Shown: one piece after another, positions 49,087 to 62,676 of the stretch
Numbering within the stretch: the stretch's first letter is position 1
Layout: each line of letters opens with the position of its first letter
Assembly: GCA_964247055.1 (NCBI GenBank)
Contig: OZ176058.1
Location: 248,001 to 312,000, forward strand
Origin: Paragordius varius
Lineage: Eukaryota > Animalia > Nematomorpha
Length of the DNA: 64,000 nucleotides
Reading direction: 5' to 3'
The notes under the pieces: generated by a model
The model's input: the letters and a program-made list of their open reading frames with translations, nothing else
What the model was told of the DNA's origin: nothing
The model's database searches: none
Made by a program: the position numbers and the translations under genes

Positions 49087-52000
49087 TACGGAAAAAACTG
49101 AAATTATACGGACAAAATGTAAAAATATAAAGACAAATATTCTTATTTAACACACACCCCATACTTTATAAACTTGATTTCTAATTATATAACTTAAAAT
49201 TTTATATGGCAAACTGTGAAATAGAGATTTATATAACTAAAACAATCAATTCTATATTTTACAATTAAGTAACTAAATGGCTTATATTAGAATAATTAAG
49301 ATTTAAAAAAGTATGAGATTGTCTTTTAGAAAAAAATATTTGTCTTTATATTTTTACGTTTTGTGTGTATAACTTTTTACTGTAATTATTACCAAATAGC
49401 TTACATATACAATAAAGGGGGCAGTATTATTTGCTTATAGTTATATTTTTCACTTTTTAATATTATTAACCAATAATAATACTCTTTGCTGCTGAATATG
49501 CTTTTATATGGCAAAAATAATTTATAACTTTATAGCAACGTATAATTACTTTTATACTGTAAATTAAAAAAAATGACATAAAAATAAAAAACCCTTAAAA
49601 TATAGATAGACAGTGAAAATTGAAATTATACGGGAGGACAAAACGTTAAAATATAAGGGTAAATATTTTTATCTAAAAGAGAACCATAGTTTTTAACCTT
49701 AGTTTTTCTTATACAAAATATTTAAAAAATATAAAATTGATTGTTCCCAATATATGTTCTATTTTACACTTTGAAGTTTGAAACAATGAGTTATATTTAT
49801 AATAATTAAGGTAAATAGTTTGTTTGTCTTTTGATAAAAAGTTTTGTCTTTATATATTTACATTATGTGCGTATATTTTCGATTTTTCTTGTAATTGATT
49901 GTTTTAAACTACTAAATATAAAATAGACATAAATGAGTATTTAAAATTACGTATTTTACAATTGTAAAATGATTTTCATACGATTAATTAAGGTTAAAAA
50001 AAGTTGGGTTGTTTTTGAATTGCCATATATTTTTACATTTTGTCCGTAAAATTTCAATTTTTATTGTACTTAATTTTGAAAAATTATGCAAAAATAATTT
50101 AATCTGCACTACGTATAGTTTATATTAAATTGAGTTTAAAATTAAATGGTCCACACTAATGTATAGTATAGGGAAAAAGTTATTTTAATTCCAACCATTT
50201 GTTGTTTTATACCATACCCTACTGTATATAATTTGATATAAAAATCAAATGATGATAATTTAATTTAGAAAACTTTTAATAGAAAAATAAAATGTTAATT
50301 TAGATTTTTTAGTATTAATCAATTAATTAAATTATTTCTTTATAACTAGGGTTAATTTTTGAAAATTTTTTGTAAATTTTTTATACTTAAAATCATCTAA
50401 TCTCCACTAATGTATAATTAATATTAAATTATGTTTAAATAGAAATGATCAACACCAATCTAGATTTATAGGAATAAGTTGTTCAATTTCAACCATTTGT
50501 TGTTGTTAACGATACGCTACTGTTTTTCGTAAATGTTTTAATAGAAATAATGTATAATACAGTAGTGTATAATAAAAAAAAATTTGTCCAAAATTAAAAA
50601 GAATGATTTATAAAGTTTAGGGTAATAGTTTTCAATTTCAACCATTTGTTGTTTTTTACCATACGCTACTGTATGTATGTCTAAAATTTTAATTTATATA
50701 TAAAAAATAAAATTTACAGTAGCATATCGTATAAAAAATACAGTTGTCATAATTTATAAATATTATACAATATAAAAAAAGGTTTAATTTAAACGATGGG
50801 TGGTTTAAGCTATACGCAACTATATAATAGTTTTATGATAAGTCTTTTTAAAACAATCTTAAATAAAATATATAAATTTTAAGCCATTGAAAATTTTCCT
50901 ATAAAAAATATTTTGAAAAATAGAATAAAAAGGTATATAACTAAAATATTTTATCGAATAAATATAAAGTTCATGTAAAAATCAAAAAAGACCAATTAAA
51001 GATGGAAAAGATATTAAGGATTAATAATTTATTATATTAATATTACTGAATTTAATTAATAGATGGAAAAATTTTTAGCATTTTTGTTTTTTAGCATTTG
51101 AAAAATTATATCATTTTGTTTAAAACTATTTCAACGACAACCCCATATGTTTAAGTCTTGATTTTTATATAAACTCTCATTGATTAAACTGCAAAATATA
51201 ATTAATTTTATTGTTTTATAAGTCAATATAAAAAAAATTAAGGTTTAAAAAGTATGATTTGTCTTTTAAATTTTTATATTTTACGTTTTGTCCGTATAAC
51301 TCTCTTAATTTTTACTGTAACATTTTGGTTAAAAACCTTTTTATTAGCCAATAATAATAACTTTCTAGAAATGTAAACTTACTCATACTGTAATAATAAT
51401 ATTTATGTGTAAATTTTCAACTTAAAACCCATTTATAAAAGTTAATAAATTAAACTTTATAATGATAATTTATGTCTTGAAGGATTTAAGTTTAAATGTT
51501 TTTTTAAATTTTTATATATTCTTTTACAATGTATTTATTCAATACCGCTAAGATATTTCTGACTTCAACAGAGTTTTTATTAATTAGTAAGCTAGAAATA
51601 TACATACAAAACTATTAAATTAATATCATAAATAAATTATGATTATATAACACAAAAACATTTATTCAATTTTGATTTTATAAATACCTCTAACCTATTG
51701 TAGACATGCTAAAAATAACTTTCTTAGGTTATTATTTAGCAAATAAAAAACAAAAACAAATATGTATATATGTTAGACGCAAAACTTAAAATATGACAGC
51801 TCAAAAATTTTCCTACAATTAATTAATTACAATATAACCAAATGTTACTTACATTAAAAATTGAAATTATACGCGTGTAAATATAATAGAATATTTTTTT
51901 CAAAAAGAAAACCATACTTTTATCTTGATTTTTTCAAATATAACTTATGTTTTAAACTACAAAGTTTTAATATTAAAATGTAAATTGGTAACAATCAATT

Positions 52001-55000
52001 ATGTTTTACGATTGTAATTAAATGTTTACATAGGATAAATTAGAATTTAAAAAAGTAGGGTTATCTTAAAAAAATTTTTTCTTTATATTTTTACATTTTG
52101 ACCGTAAAATTTCAACTGTAATTCAATAGAAAATAAAAAAATTTTAAATATGAAATTTATAGTGGCGTATTCACATTATTGTTGGTCAATCGGTAATATA
52201 GTAGCATGTTTAATAACATAGCTTATAATTTATTATATTAAAACAGAAAAATATTGTTTAATTTGAACATTTTTTTGTTTTTACCCATACCCCATTGTGT
52301 AGCTAATTGGTCAAAAATAATGTGATTAGACCAGCATATATTTATATAATTTAAGAATTTGGCATAAAATGTTAAAAGGCAACAAAATAACCTGTTTAAC
52401 GGAAATTTTGGATATGCAGACGATACATTTTTTCCATATAATTTGTAAATTTTTCGCACGCAAATATATATTTGCACAGAGATGGAATATCAATTAATTT
52501 CTATTTTTATTTTGTTTGAAGATGGATTATGAATAATAATAATTATATAATGTTACTAATTGTAATAAAAATAATGCTTTGTCGTAGATAAGGTGATGAG
52601 TTTTATAAAAAAAACAAAAATTTTATCGAATTATATTTATAGCTGGAGAAACAAATAATATAAACGAAAAACACTGATATTAACGCTAAATTAGTTTCAA
52701 AACTTTTTAGCTATATTATCTAAAAAAATAATTTGCAAGATGGAAAAAAGAATTGGAAAATATTTTTTGAATGTGAAAAAATCACTCCAGATATAAACTT
52801 TATTTTTAGCTCTCAAGAGAGCAAATTTTGTTTGATTATTATGGAATCAATCAAATGGAAAAAAAATTAAAATAATTGTAATATTACTTAAATTTTTAAG
52901 CGAGTCGAATATTAAATATTACGGATAATTTAAAATACAGCTAAAATGGATATATCGAAAGTTGAATATCACAAAAATTCAAGGGCTATTCTTTTTTTTT
53001 CGTAAATAAATTTTTGCATGTGAAAAAAAAAGTACAAAAAGATGTTATATGTTTATAAAAAAGCACATTGAGAAACAATTATGTGTATTTATTTTTTAGA
53101 TGGAAAAATAAAATTATTAATAAAAATATATTTTATTAAACAAATAAATACAAGAGAAAAAAGCATGTTTTAAGGCTATAAAAATTTACATCATGTTTTT
53201 TATTTTCTTTATACATAATAGTTTTATATTTGTATTACAAATATGTTTTTAATTGTATATATACTATTGTAAACTGAATATTAAAATAAAAATAAAAAAC
53301 GTGCAAATCAGACGGAAAACTTAAACGTTAAACAGTTGGTTTTTAAAAATATTTAATAAAAATTATTTAAATCTCAAATTATAGTATTATATAGAATTAG
53401 TGTAAAATAACTAAAAATATGACTTTATTACAGTCATGTATTATCCTTTGATTTATCAAAAATTTATTGTCTTTCGTTAAATGGGTATAAATATTTGAAA
53501 AATGGAAAGAACAAGAGCTCTATGGCAGGGCTTCTTAAACTTTTGTAGTTCCCGACCCCATTTATGATTGCGAGTTTTTTAACGATCCCAACAAATATAA
53601 AAAAAAATAATGGTTTCTTCGAAATAACACCTAAAAATTTTGTTGATAATATTTATCATATAACATTTTCTAATTCATAGTAAATTTATAAAAGATTTTA
53701 GCTGGACCTGTCATGCTTCGCTGTGACGTAGTCTCACCGATAATTATTCTTAATAATTTGCAATAAATAGAGTTAATGAAGATAAAAAATAATAAACCAG
53801 TTTAATAAAAAAAATGTCTTAATTATTCTTCACGTGTTTTTGCGCCAGCTCAAATATTGTTCTCGAAATCGAAAATATTTAAACTGTCCCTTAGTAAAGT
53901 TAATCAACAATCATTGGATTTATTTTAAAATTTTTGTTTTACTAAATCATGTTTAAAAGTTCTATTTCGAAATTCTGTTTACACAGCTGGGATCAAGGTA
54001 TAAAAATAGTAAATTATTTGTGGTCCCTTTTTAAAGGAAAGAATAATATTATACAAATTCCCCAGAAATGTGTTTAACTGAACTCGTATGGCTTCTTAAG
54101 TTTTTTGAAAATTAGGTCAAAACCACGCCATGTTCATATGGCGTCTCAGTTTTAAGCCGGTAAACCCTTACCCATAAAAATAAAAAAAGTGCTGAGTTAA
54201 ATTCTTTGCCTTTAGGCAAATATATAATATCATTTTGATACCATCGTCTCATGGGTTCGAAAAAATACAAAATCGTTATATGATGGCGTATTTAGGGAAT
54301 AAAGGCCTTAAATTAACGGCTAATAATAAAAGCTGGACCTTAATTTTTACCTAGTTAAGCGTAATATTTCAAGCTTTTAATCATCACGTACGGCTTCATA
54401 TCTGTAAATTAACTCCAAAATAATGCAATTTCTATATAGTAACACAGTTTAGCGGCGATCTGTTTACCCAGCAGCCAATATTAAAAAAATGCAAGACTAA
54501 AATTTTGCCTTTTAACAGATACCTCGAATCCTCATTGAATATTAACGGTTTCATACCCTGGGCAAAAATTATTTGTTTTTTTTTTGAAAAAAATTGCATT
54601 TTACGGGGGAGTGGGTAAAAAGAGAGCCTAAATTAAAAAGGCAAGCTGACAATGTTCGGCGCAATAAAAAAAAAGTAAAAATAATATCATATTTGAAATC
54701 GACCAACACGTTTTCCGGAAAATTGCCTCGAAGATACGATTTTAGTGGACTTGTGTTTTGTAAAAAAACCGTTTTTTACACGGAGTGGGCCCGAACGGCC
54801 TAATTCAAAAAAAGGGCGAAGCTATAGTCGGGGCATTCATTTTTAATTATATTTTTTTGACATTTGGATTTAAATGGGTCCACCGGTTTTCCGGAAAAAG
54901 ATCACAAAGCCAGCATTTTCCATTTTTATAAATACATAGATTTATAGTGATCGTAAAAGAAATGCTAATATAAACTGTCCTTCTGAACCAGAATATTTTA

Positions 55001-57455
55001 TGATATGTTAATCTACGATGATTGTTATTTTTTATAACAATAATTTAACAAGTTAAAAAACATTTTTTGTTAAATTGCATTATATCACTCGCAAGAGGCC
55101 CTGCTCTATGGTATTAACAATATCATATTCTGCAAAAAAAGGATAGCCATAGAGCTCCTTTTTTCCATTTTCCAACAAGTATTTTTACTCATTTAACGAA
55201 AAAAAATAAATTTTTGATAAACTAAAGGATATATTTTTTTAATATCGACATTTTTGATATCATTGGTGTATGGTGTATATTTTGTTATAATTATAATAAA
55301 AATTAAAATTATACGGACAAAACGTAAAACTATGAAGATAAATATTTTTATCTAAAAGGCAACCATAGTTTTCAAACCTATATTAACTTGGATACAACAC
55401 ATCCATTTCAGTTCTTCGATTCAAATTGGGGTAGTTGGATATCCCTAGCCTGTTTAATATAAATAAATAGAAAATATGGAATGGATTAAAACCATGGCAA
55501 AAATTTGCACTTTTATAACATTAATGAATTAAAATATAAAAAAAATTGAATAAAAAAATATGATATTAATTATTTTTAAGTAAAACCTCAAGGTAAAAAT
55601 TTGTTCAACATAACATGTGTGCACAAGCTTAATTTAAAATTAAAACAAATAAAACCACTATTTCTGTTTCTATGAATTGTAATGTAATTTAAATGAAATT
55701 TAGCTTACATTATTGTTTTAACAAAACACGATATTTTGCATAAATATTGTAAAATAAAAATGGCGTCGAAGTAGTTTGGTATGAAACTTTTTTTCAAAAT
55801 CAAATTTTGTTTAGATATTTCGGATTATTTATATAAATATTATTAAATTTTAATTGGGACTGTTTCTTTCAGTAGTTTATTAAAAAAAATTATTTTAATA
55901 TAGTCTAGGTATTTAGACACCCCAATTTATATCGAAGTGTTAATCCTAGTAAAATCCTCAATAGAATACTAAAATGTATAATTTGTCACCAATATACATC
56001 TCTATTTTATACTTAAAGAGTTTAAAACAATAAGTATCTAAACTAATCAAGATTTGAAAAGGTTGTCTTTTAATTTTTACAGTTTGTCCGTATAATTTAA
56101 ATTCTTATAACTATTCTCTATTTTATATTTTAATGTAAAAGCAGATGTAAGTGAAAATATAGAGATAAATATAAAATTTTTTTAATTTGTAGAAATAAAT
56201 TTTTGATTATAGAATGAAACCGACGAAAATTAGTTAACCACGAAAATTATCATAAAGAAAATATATAATTTTATAAATTAAATATTAAAATGAAATTGAA
56301 ATTATAGAGACTAAACGTAAAAATGTAAAGACAAATTTATTCCATAAGACCATCATACTTTTAATATCTTTTAAAATTTAAATAAATGATAAAAATTTTA
56401 AAGTATGGAATTGTTTGGTAATATAATCAATAATCTTAATTGTAATAAATTATTTATCTGGTAAAGATTTAGATTAAGAAAAGTATTATTATAATTTAAT
56501 GTGTATTTTACGTTTTGACCGTATAATTTTAAAATTTATATATGAAAATTTATAAAAAAAATACTTGTTTTAAATTTCATCCGTATAATCTCATTTTTAC
56601 TGTAATTCAAATATCTGAATTAAAACACTTAAACCAATTTAATGCAAGTTATGACATTTGTTCAAAAACTCTCATACATAATTAACTGTTTATTAACTTT
56701 TTTTCGGTCTTATAAGTAGATTTATATCCAGAATTTTGTAAATAAAGTATAGCTTTTAAAATTAATTTAGTTGTAATTTAATCATCAAACATTGTTCTCG
56801 GCTATTTAAAAAGGTAATGTTTTTTACAGTTTTTCAGATTTCTAGAGTCCAAATTGAGAAATCAAAATACACGGTTGAAACTAACACCTGATATATATCA
56901 AGTTTTTGGTCGTAAAATGTTGTCTGATATCTTTAAGTTAATTATGTATCTTTTAAAACAATAATATAGAAAAGATTGGCTGTTAGATGATTTATAAAAA
57001 ATAATAAAAAAATGGCAAAAAAAGTTTGAATTGAGGATTTTTTACAATTTTACATTGTTTTGAATATTTTTGTACTCCCCTAAAAAAGAAAGCATATATC
57101 TCAATTTGGCTTTTAACTTTTTATAATAATTAAATTTCAAGCTAAAGAATATAATACTACCCCAGATAATGGACAGTTGAATAATATGCAGTAAAAACAG
57201 ATAATATATCGACAAAATGTAAAAATATAGAAACAAATATTTTTTCTTAGAGAGAACCATTTTTATATCATAATTTATTTCATTATAACTCATTGTTTTA
57301 TTGCAGAGTGTAATAGAGTGATAACGAACACAATCAATTCTATATTTTACAATTGTAGCTATATAGCCTATAATTAGAAAAATTAAGGTTTAAAAATTAT
57401 GGTTATTGTTTAGAAAAAAATATTTGTCTTTATCGTTTTGTCCGTATAACTTTTA
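49087..57455. mobile_element. Cluster of family B MITE copies in the SLC7-NDUFB5 divergent intergenic region (49087-49384, ~49610-50070, ~51860-52115, ~55305-56100, ~56290-56605, ~57187-57455)
   Basis: Recurrent TTATACGGACAAAA(C/T)GTAAAAATATAAAGACAAAT and its reverse complement at ~280-450 bp spacing. Confidence 0.7.
53526..55103. mobile_element. Non-autonomous hAT-like element (1578 bp) with 8-bp TSD, nested in an inverted-repeat MITE (~53430-55232)
   Basis: TSD CTCTATGG at 53518-53525 and 55104-55111; TIR CAGGGCTTCTT / AAGAGGCCCTG; no long ORF inside. Confidence 0.85.
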
Positions 57456-57586
57456 ATCTATAAATTTTAAATTCCTTAAACCAATTATCTTTTAAAATAA
57501 ACAGTTTTATGTATAATTTTTAAAAGGTTAAATGCGGTTTTATTACTTCTGTTTTTCATGCACGCATTTTGAAGCGAGAGTTACAC

Positions 57587-60500
57587 ATGGGTGTTTTGAG
57601 CAAATTTGGTTTGCAGCAAAAATTTGCAGGTTTTTTTTGTCTTTGCATAGGAAATTAAATTTTTATAATAATGTATTTATTTTAAAAGTTATTTTATGAT
57701 TTTAATATAATAAACTAAATATATTTATTACCTAAATTTAAATCCTGGAAATAGATTGATTATTGCATTTTTTATAACATTTTTAATATTAAGAATCAAT
57801 TTTTAATATGAAGTTGTAATTTCTATTAATTTGAAAAACAATTTCCTGAAAATATTTTGTAAATTTTGATTTTCTAAAAGCCCAACTTATTTCTTATAAT
57901 TATTTTTACAATATTTTCCTGTAAACTTAAATTTTTTCGGGAAAAAAAAATTTGTTAATAATTTATATATTTATATTTTTTTTAAAAATACATATAATAT
58001 ATGTATATATTTTAAATTCATTTTTCTTATTTATGTTTTATTTTAATTTTTTAAATTTTTATTTTAGCTATTTTTATTTTTTTTAATATTTTAATTTTTT
58101 AAATTTAATTTATATTTTTTTAAATATTTTAATTTTTTAAATTTCTTCATTTCTTAAAAAATATTTATATTATTTATATTTTTGAAAATATTAATATTTT
58201 ATTAAATGGAATTTATCAACTTTTTTATAAAATTAATTTATTTGTTTTAATTTCCTATATATTTTTATATAAAATTAATTTTTTTATTTTTTTAAATTTT
58301 TTTTAAATTGAATTTATCATTTTTTTATTCTTTTTATAAAATAAATTTATATATTTTTTTAAATTATTTTTTTTTAATTTTAGGGTTCAGACCTCTAAGT
58401 TCTGGAAGTCACAGAATTATGGAAATTTTTCCTTCAAATTGGACCACAAGGAAAACTTTTGATATTATTGTAATTAATTTTTATTTAATAAATATTTTTT
58501 TTAAATAAATAATTTTTTTTATTATAAAAAGTTTTTTTTTATAAATATTAAAATTATTTTATAAATTTTTTTTATTAATTTTTTTTTTAAAAAAAATTTA
58601 TGAATATTATTTAAATATTAATTTGTTTTTAAATTAATTTTTTTTATTATTAATTTTTTAAATAAATATTTTTCTGATTTATATTTAAAATATTATAAAA
58701 TAAATATTTTATTATTATTTATAATTTTTTAATTTATTTTTTTATTTAATATCTTTATTTTATTATTTTTGATGAATATTTTAATTTTAATTATTTTTTT
58801 AAAATTAATTTTTCTTTTTTTATTTTTTTTTTAATATTTTTTTTATTTTTTTGTTTATCTTGATTTTTTTAAATATATTTTGTATTTTTATTAATTTTTT
58901 AATTAATTTCAAAATAAATTTTTTTTAATTTATTTTTTTTTATTTAAATTAATTTTTTGAATTTTTATTTTTTTGTTTTTTAATATTTTTTCAATATTTA
59001 TTTAATTTTTTTTAATTTTATATTTTATTTTTTTTATTTTTTTAAATTTATTTTTAAATATTTTTTAGCATTTCTACGTATGTTTAACCGGCTTGCCGCT
59101 TTTAGCTTGGGTCCTATATTGTCAAATTGTCATTGGTTTTTAATTTTTTTTATTTTTATTTAAATAAATTTATTTTTTATTTAATAATTTTTAATAAAAT
59201 AAATTTTTTTATTTTTAAGAAATTTATTTTAAGATATTTCAAAATATATATTTAATAGGAAAATTTACATAATATCCCAAATTTTAATTTTTTTTATTAA
59301 AGTTAAATTTTATGAAAAAAATTAATATTTTTTTTATTTAAATAATTATTTTTTAATTTTTTATAGTTTTTTAAAATTTATTTAAAAAAAATTAATTTAG
59401 AGATATATTATAATTTATATATTTATTAAAAATTTTATAAATTACCACATTCAAAAAAAAAATCATAATAAAATGGAAAAAAATATTTTCTAATCTATTA
59501 AAATAAAAAATATTTTTATGAATTTTTGGTTTAATAAATTTAAAATATTCAATTTTTATATATTTAATATTTAATTTAAAATTTATTTTAAAAATTATTT
59601 TTTTATTTTTTTTTATTTTTTAAGGACCAGCTGTTTTAACAGAAATTCCTGAAGGATATATACCAGAAGAATATGAATATTATAAAGTTTTTATTTAATT
59701 TATTTTTTATTTTTAAATTTCTAATTTAATATTTTTTTATTTTTTTCAAAAAATATATAAATTATGAATTTATATTAATTTAATTTGTTAGAAAAATTAT
59801 AAAAAGCAAATTAATAATTTAAAAAAAAATTTTATTTTAATAAATATTTTTATTTAAAAAAATATATTTTATTTTTTTTATTAAATTAAATATTTTTATT
59901 TATTCAATTTTTTTTTATCTTTTTATTTATTCAAAAAATATAATTATAAATAAAATAAAATGTTTTATTGTCTTATGAATTTTTTTACAAAAAAATAAAA
60001 AATTTATTTAATTTTTTTTTAAAAAAATGTATAAATTATTAATTTATATGAATATGATTCAGTTTATTAAAAATTAATTTTTTAAAAATAAAATTATATA
60101 AAATGGATATTTATGAAAAAAAATTAAATTCCTAATTATAATTAAATAATTATATTTTAAAATTTTTTATCAAAATATTTATATTTTATTTATTTATTTA
60201 AATTATTATATTTTAAAATTTAAATCAAAATTAATATATTTATTTATTTAAAAATTATATTTTAAATTTTTTTATCAAAATTAATATTTTTAATTATTGA
60301 TTTAAATAAATATAATAATATTTTAAATTTTTTTATCAAAATATTTTTATTTATTTATTTATTTTAAAAAATATTATAAATAATAAATGTTTTATTGTCT
60401 TAAAAATTTTATTGAAAAAAAATTATTTTTTTATATTTTATCCAAAAATTTATAATTTGAAAAAAAATGCGCAGTGTCCCATTGGTCGAAATTTAATTTT

Positions 60501-62676
60501 TAATTTTATAAATAATTTTTTCTAAAAAATATTTTAATATATAAAAAAAATATAAACAATATATAAATTTCTATAATTATTTAATAAAATTATTCAAAAC
60601 TTTGAAAAAAATTCACAAAAATTGATTTTTAATTTTTATATATTTTTTTCAAATTTATATTTTAATAAAAATATAAATAAAATATAAATTTATAATTTTT
60701 TTAAGTAAAATAAATATTTTTATTTAAAAATCTAAAAATTTGAAAAAAATGCGCAGTCTCCTATTGGTCGAAAATTGATTATTAATTTATATAATCAATT
60801 TTTTTATTATTTTTTTTCTAAAATATTGAAATAATCTTTTAAAAAAAATATATAAATTTTAAAATTTTTTAAAAATATAATTTTTTTTTATTCAAAAATT
60901 TAAAAAAATTCGCAAAAATTGATTTTTAATTTTTATCTATTTTTTTTAAATTTAAATATTATAATAAAAATATAAATAAAATATAAATTTATAATTTTTT
61001 ATCAATTTATTTAAATTTTTTATTCAAAAATTCAAAAATTTGAAAAAAATGCGCAGTCTCCCATTGGTCGAAAATTGATTTTTTTTACAAATAATTTTTT
61101 TTATTATTTCTGAAAATATTGAATAAATCATATAATAATTATTATTTTAAGAGATAAAAAATATAAATTTTTATAATTTTTTATATTTTTGTGCAAATAT
61201 TTATTGATTTTTTATTTTTCAAACATTTTTTTAAATAAAAATAATTCTTTTAATAATTAATATTTTAAAAGATAAAAAAATTATAATTTTTTATTTTATA
61301 TCATTAATTATTATTAATTTATATAATTTTTTTATTTAAATTATAAGTAATATTTTATTTTTTATTCAAAAATTTAAAAATTTGAAAAAAATGCGCAGTC
61401 TCCCATTGGTCGAAAATTGATCTAATATTTTTAATAAACAATTTTTATTTTTATAATTTTGAAAATATTGAATAATTTATATTTTTAAAAATTAATTTTT
61501 TCAAAATGTAAAAAATATAAGTTTTTATAATTTTTTTAATATAGGTCATTTTTAATTTTTTTATTTTATTTTTTTATATTTTTTTGAAAATATAAAATTA
61601 ATCTTTTAATAATAATTATTTTATTTTAAAACATAAAAAAATATAAATTTTTATATTTTATTTAATTAATTAATTTATTTATAATATTTTTATCCAAAAT
61701 TTTAAAATTTTGAAAAAAATGCGCAATAAACAATATTTATATTATTTTTTTTGAAAATATTTAATTAATTTTTTGACAAATAAATATTTTTTAAATATAT
61801 GTTTTTTTTATTTTTTTTTTTATTTTTTATTCAAAAATTTAAAAATTTGAAAAAAATGCGCAGTCTCCTATTGGTCGAAAATTGATTTTTAATTTTTATA
61901 ATAAATTTTTTTTTGAAAATATTTTAATATATAAATATTTTTAATGGAAATATATAATTTATAAGTTTTATATATAAGTTTTTTTAATTATTTTATTTAT
62001 TTTTTTTTATTTTTTTATTCAAAAATTTGAAAAAAATTCGCAAAAATTGATTAATTTTTATATATTTTTTATAAATTTATATAATAAAAATATAAATAAA
62101 ATATAAATTTATAATTTTTTAATATAAGTTAAATAAATTTTTTTATTCAAAATTTTGAAAAAAATGCGCAGTCGCCTATTGGTCGAAAATTGATTTTTAA
62201 TTTTTATAAATAATTCATTTTTTGAAAATTTTTTTAATATATAAATAAAATATTAACAATATATAAAATTTATAATTATTTAATAAAAGTTTTTTAATTA
62301 TTTTATTTTATTTATTTATTTATTTTTATTCAAAAATTCAAAAATAAAATGCGCAAAAATTGATATTTAATTTTTATATATTTTTTTTTGAAAATATTGA
62401 ATAAAGATTATATATTAATTATTAATATTTTTTAAAATGTTGAAAATTATAATTTTATAATTATTATATATTTTTAAATATTTATTATTTTTTTAAAATT
62501 ATAAGTTATTTTTATAAATTTTTTTTATTATTTTATTTAAAAATTCAAAAATTTGAAAAAAATGCGCAGTCTCCCATTGGTCGAAAATTGATAAAGATGA
62601 GTGGTCAGAATTTTGCACGTGACTATGAAAGAGAATTTGAATTTATAGAAAATAAATTTGAAACTATGAAATGGAG
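57587..62676 (+). CDS. NDUFB5: NADH dehydrogenase [ubiquinone] 1 beta subcomplex subunit 5 (SGDH); 3'-partial. Exons 57587-57629, 58384-58469, 59069-59135, 59625-59686, 62570-62676
   Basis: Spliced: MGVLSKFGLQQKFAGFRPLSSGSHRIMEIFPSNWTTRKTFDIIHFYVCLTGLPLLAWVLYCQIVIGPAVLTEIPEGYIPEEYEYYKSPIGRKLIKMSGQNFARDYEREF... It matches the family pattern FY..LTG.P...IG.A.L.EIPEGY.P...EYYK.PI.R. Exon 1 is less certain. Confidence 0.85.
60460..62370 (+). repeat. NDUFB5 intron 4 array: six full (60468, 60748, 61048, 61390, 61856, 62163) and several partial copies of the exon 5 acceptor + first codons
   Basis: TTTGAAAAAAATGCGCAG|T(C/G)(T/G)CC(C/T)ATTGGTCGAAA recurs in ~300-470-bp AT-rich units. Confidence 0.93.

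Noticed and set aside
52560-52990. Possible decayed integrase motifs (D-K-G-D-E-F-Y-like, N-T-A-K-W-I-like)
   Set aside because: Both need frameshifts, the spacing does not fit, and there are many stops; too weak without a profile search.
54594-54803. 69-aa ORF inside the hAT element
   Set aside because: Non-ATG start and no recognisable transposase motif.
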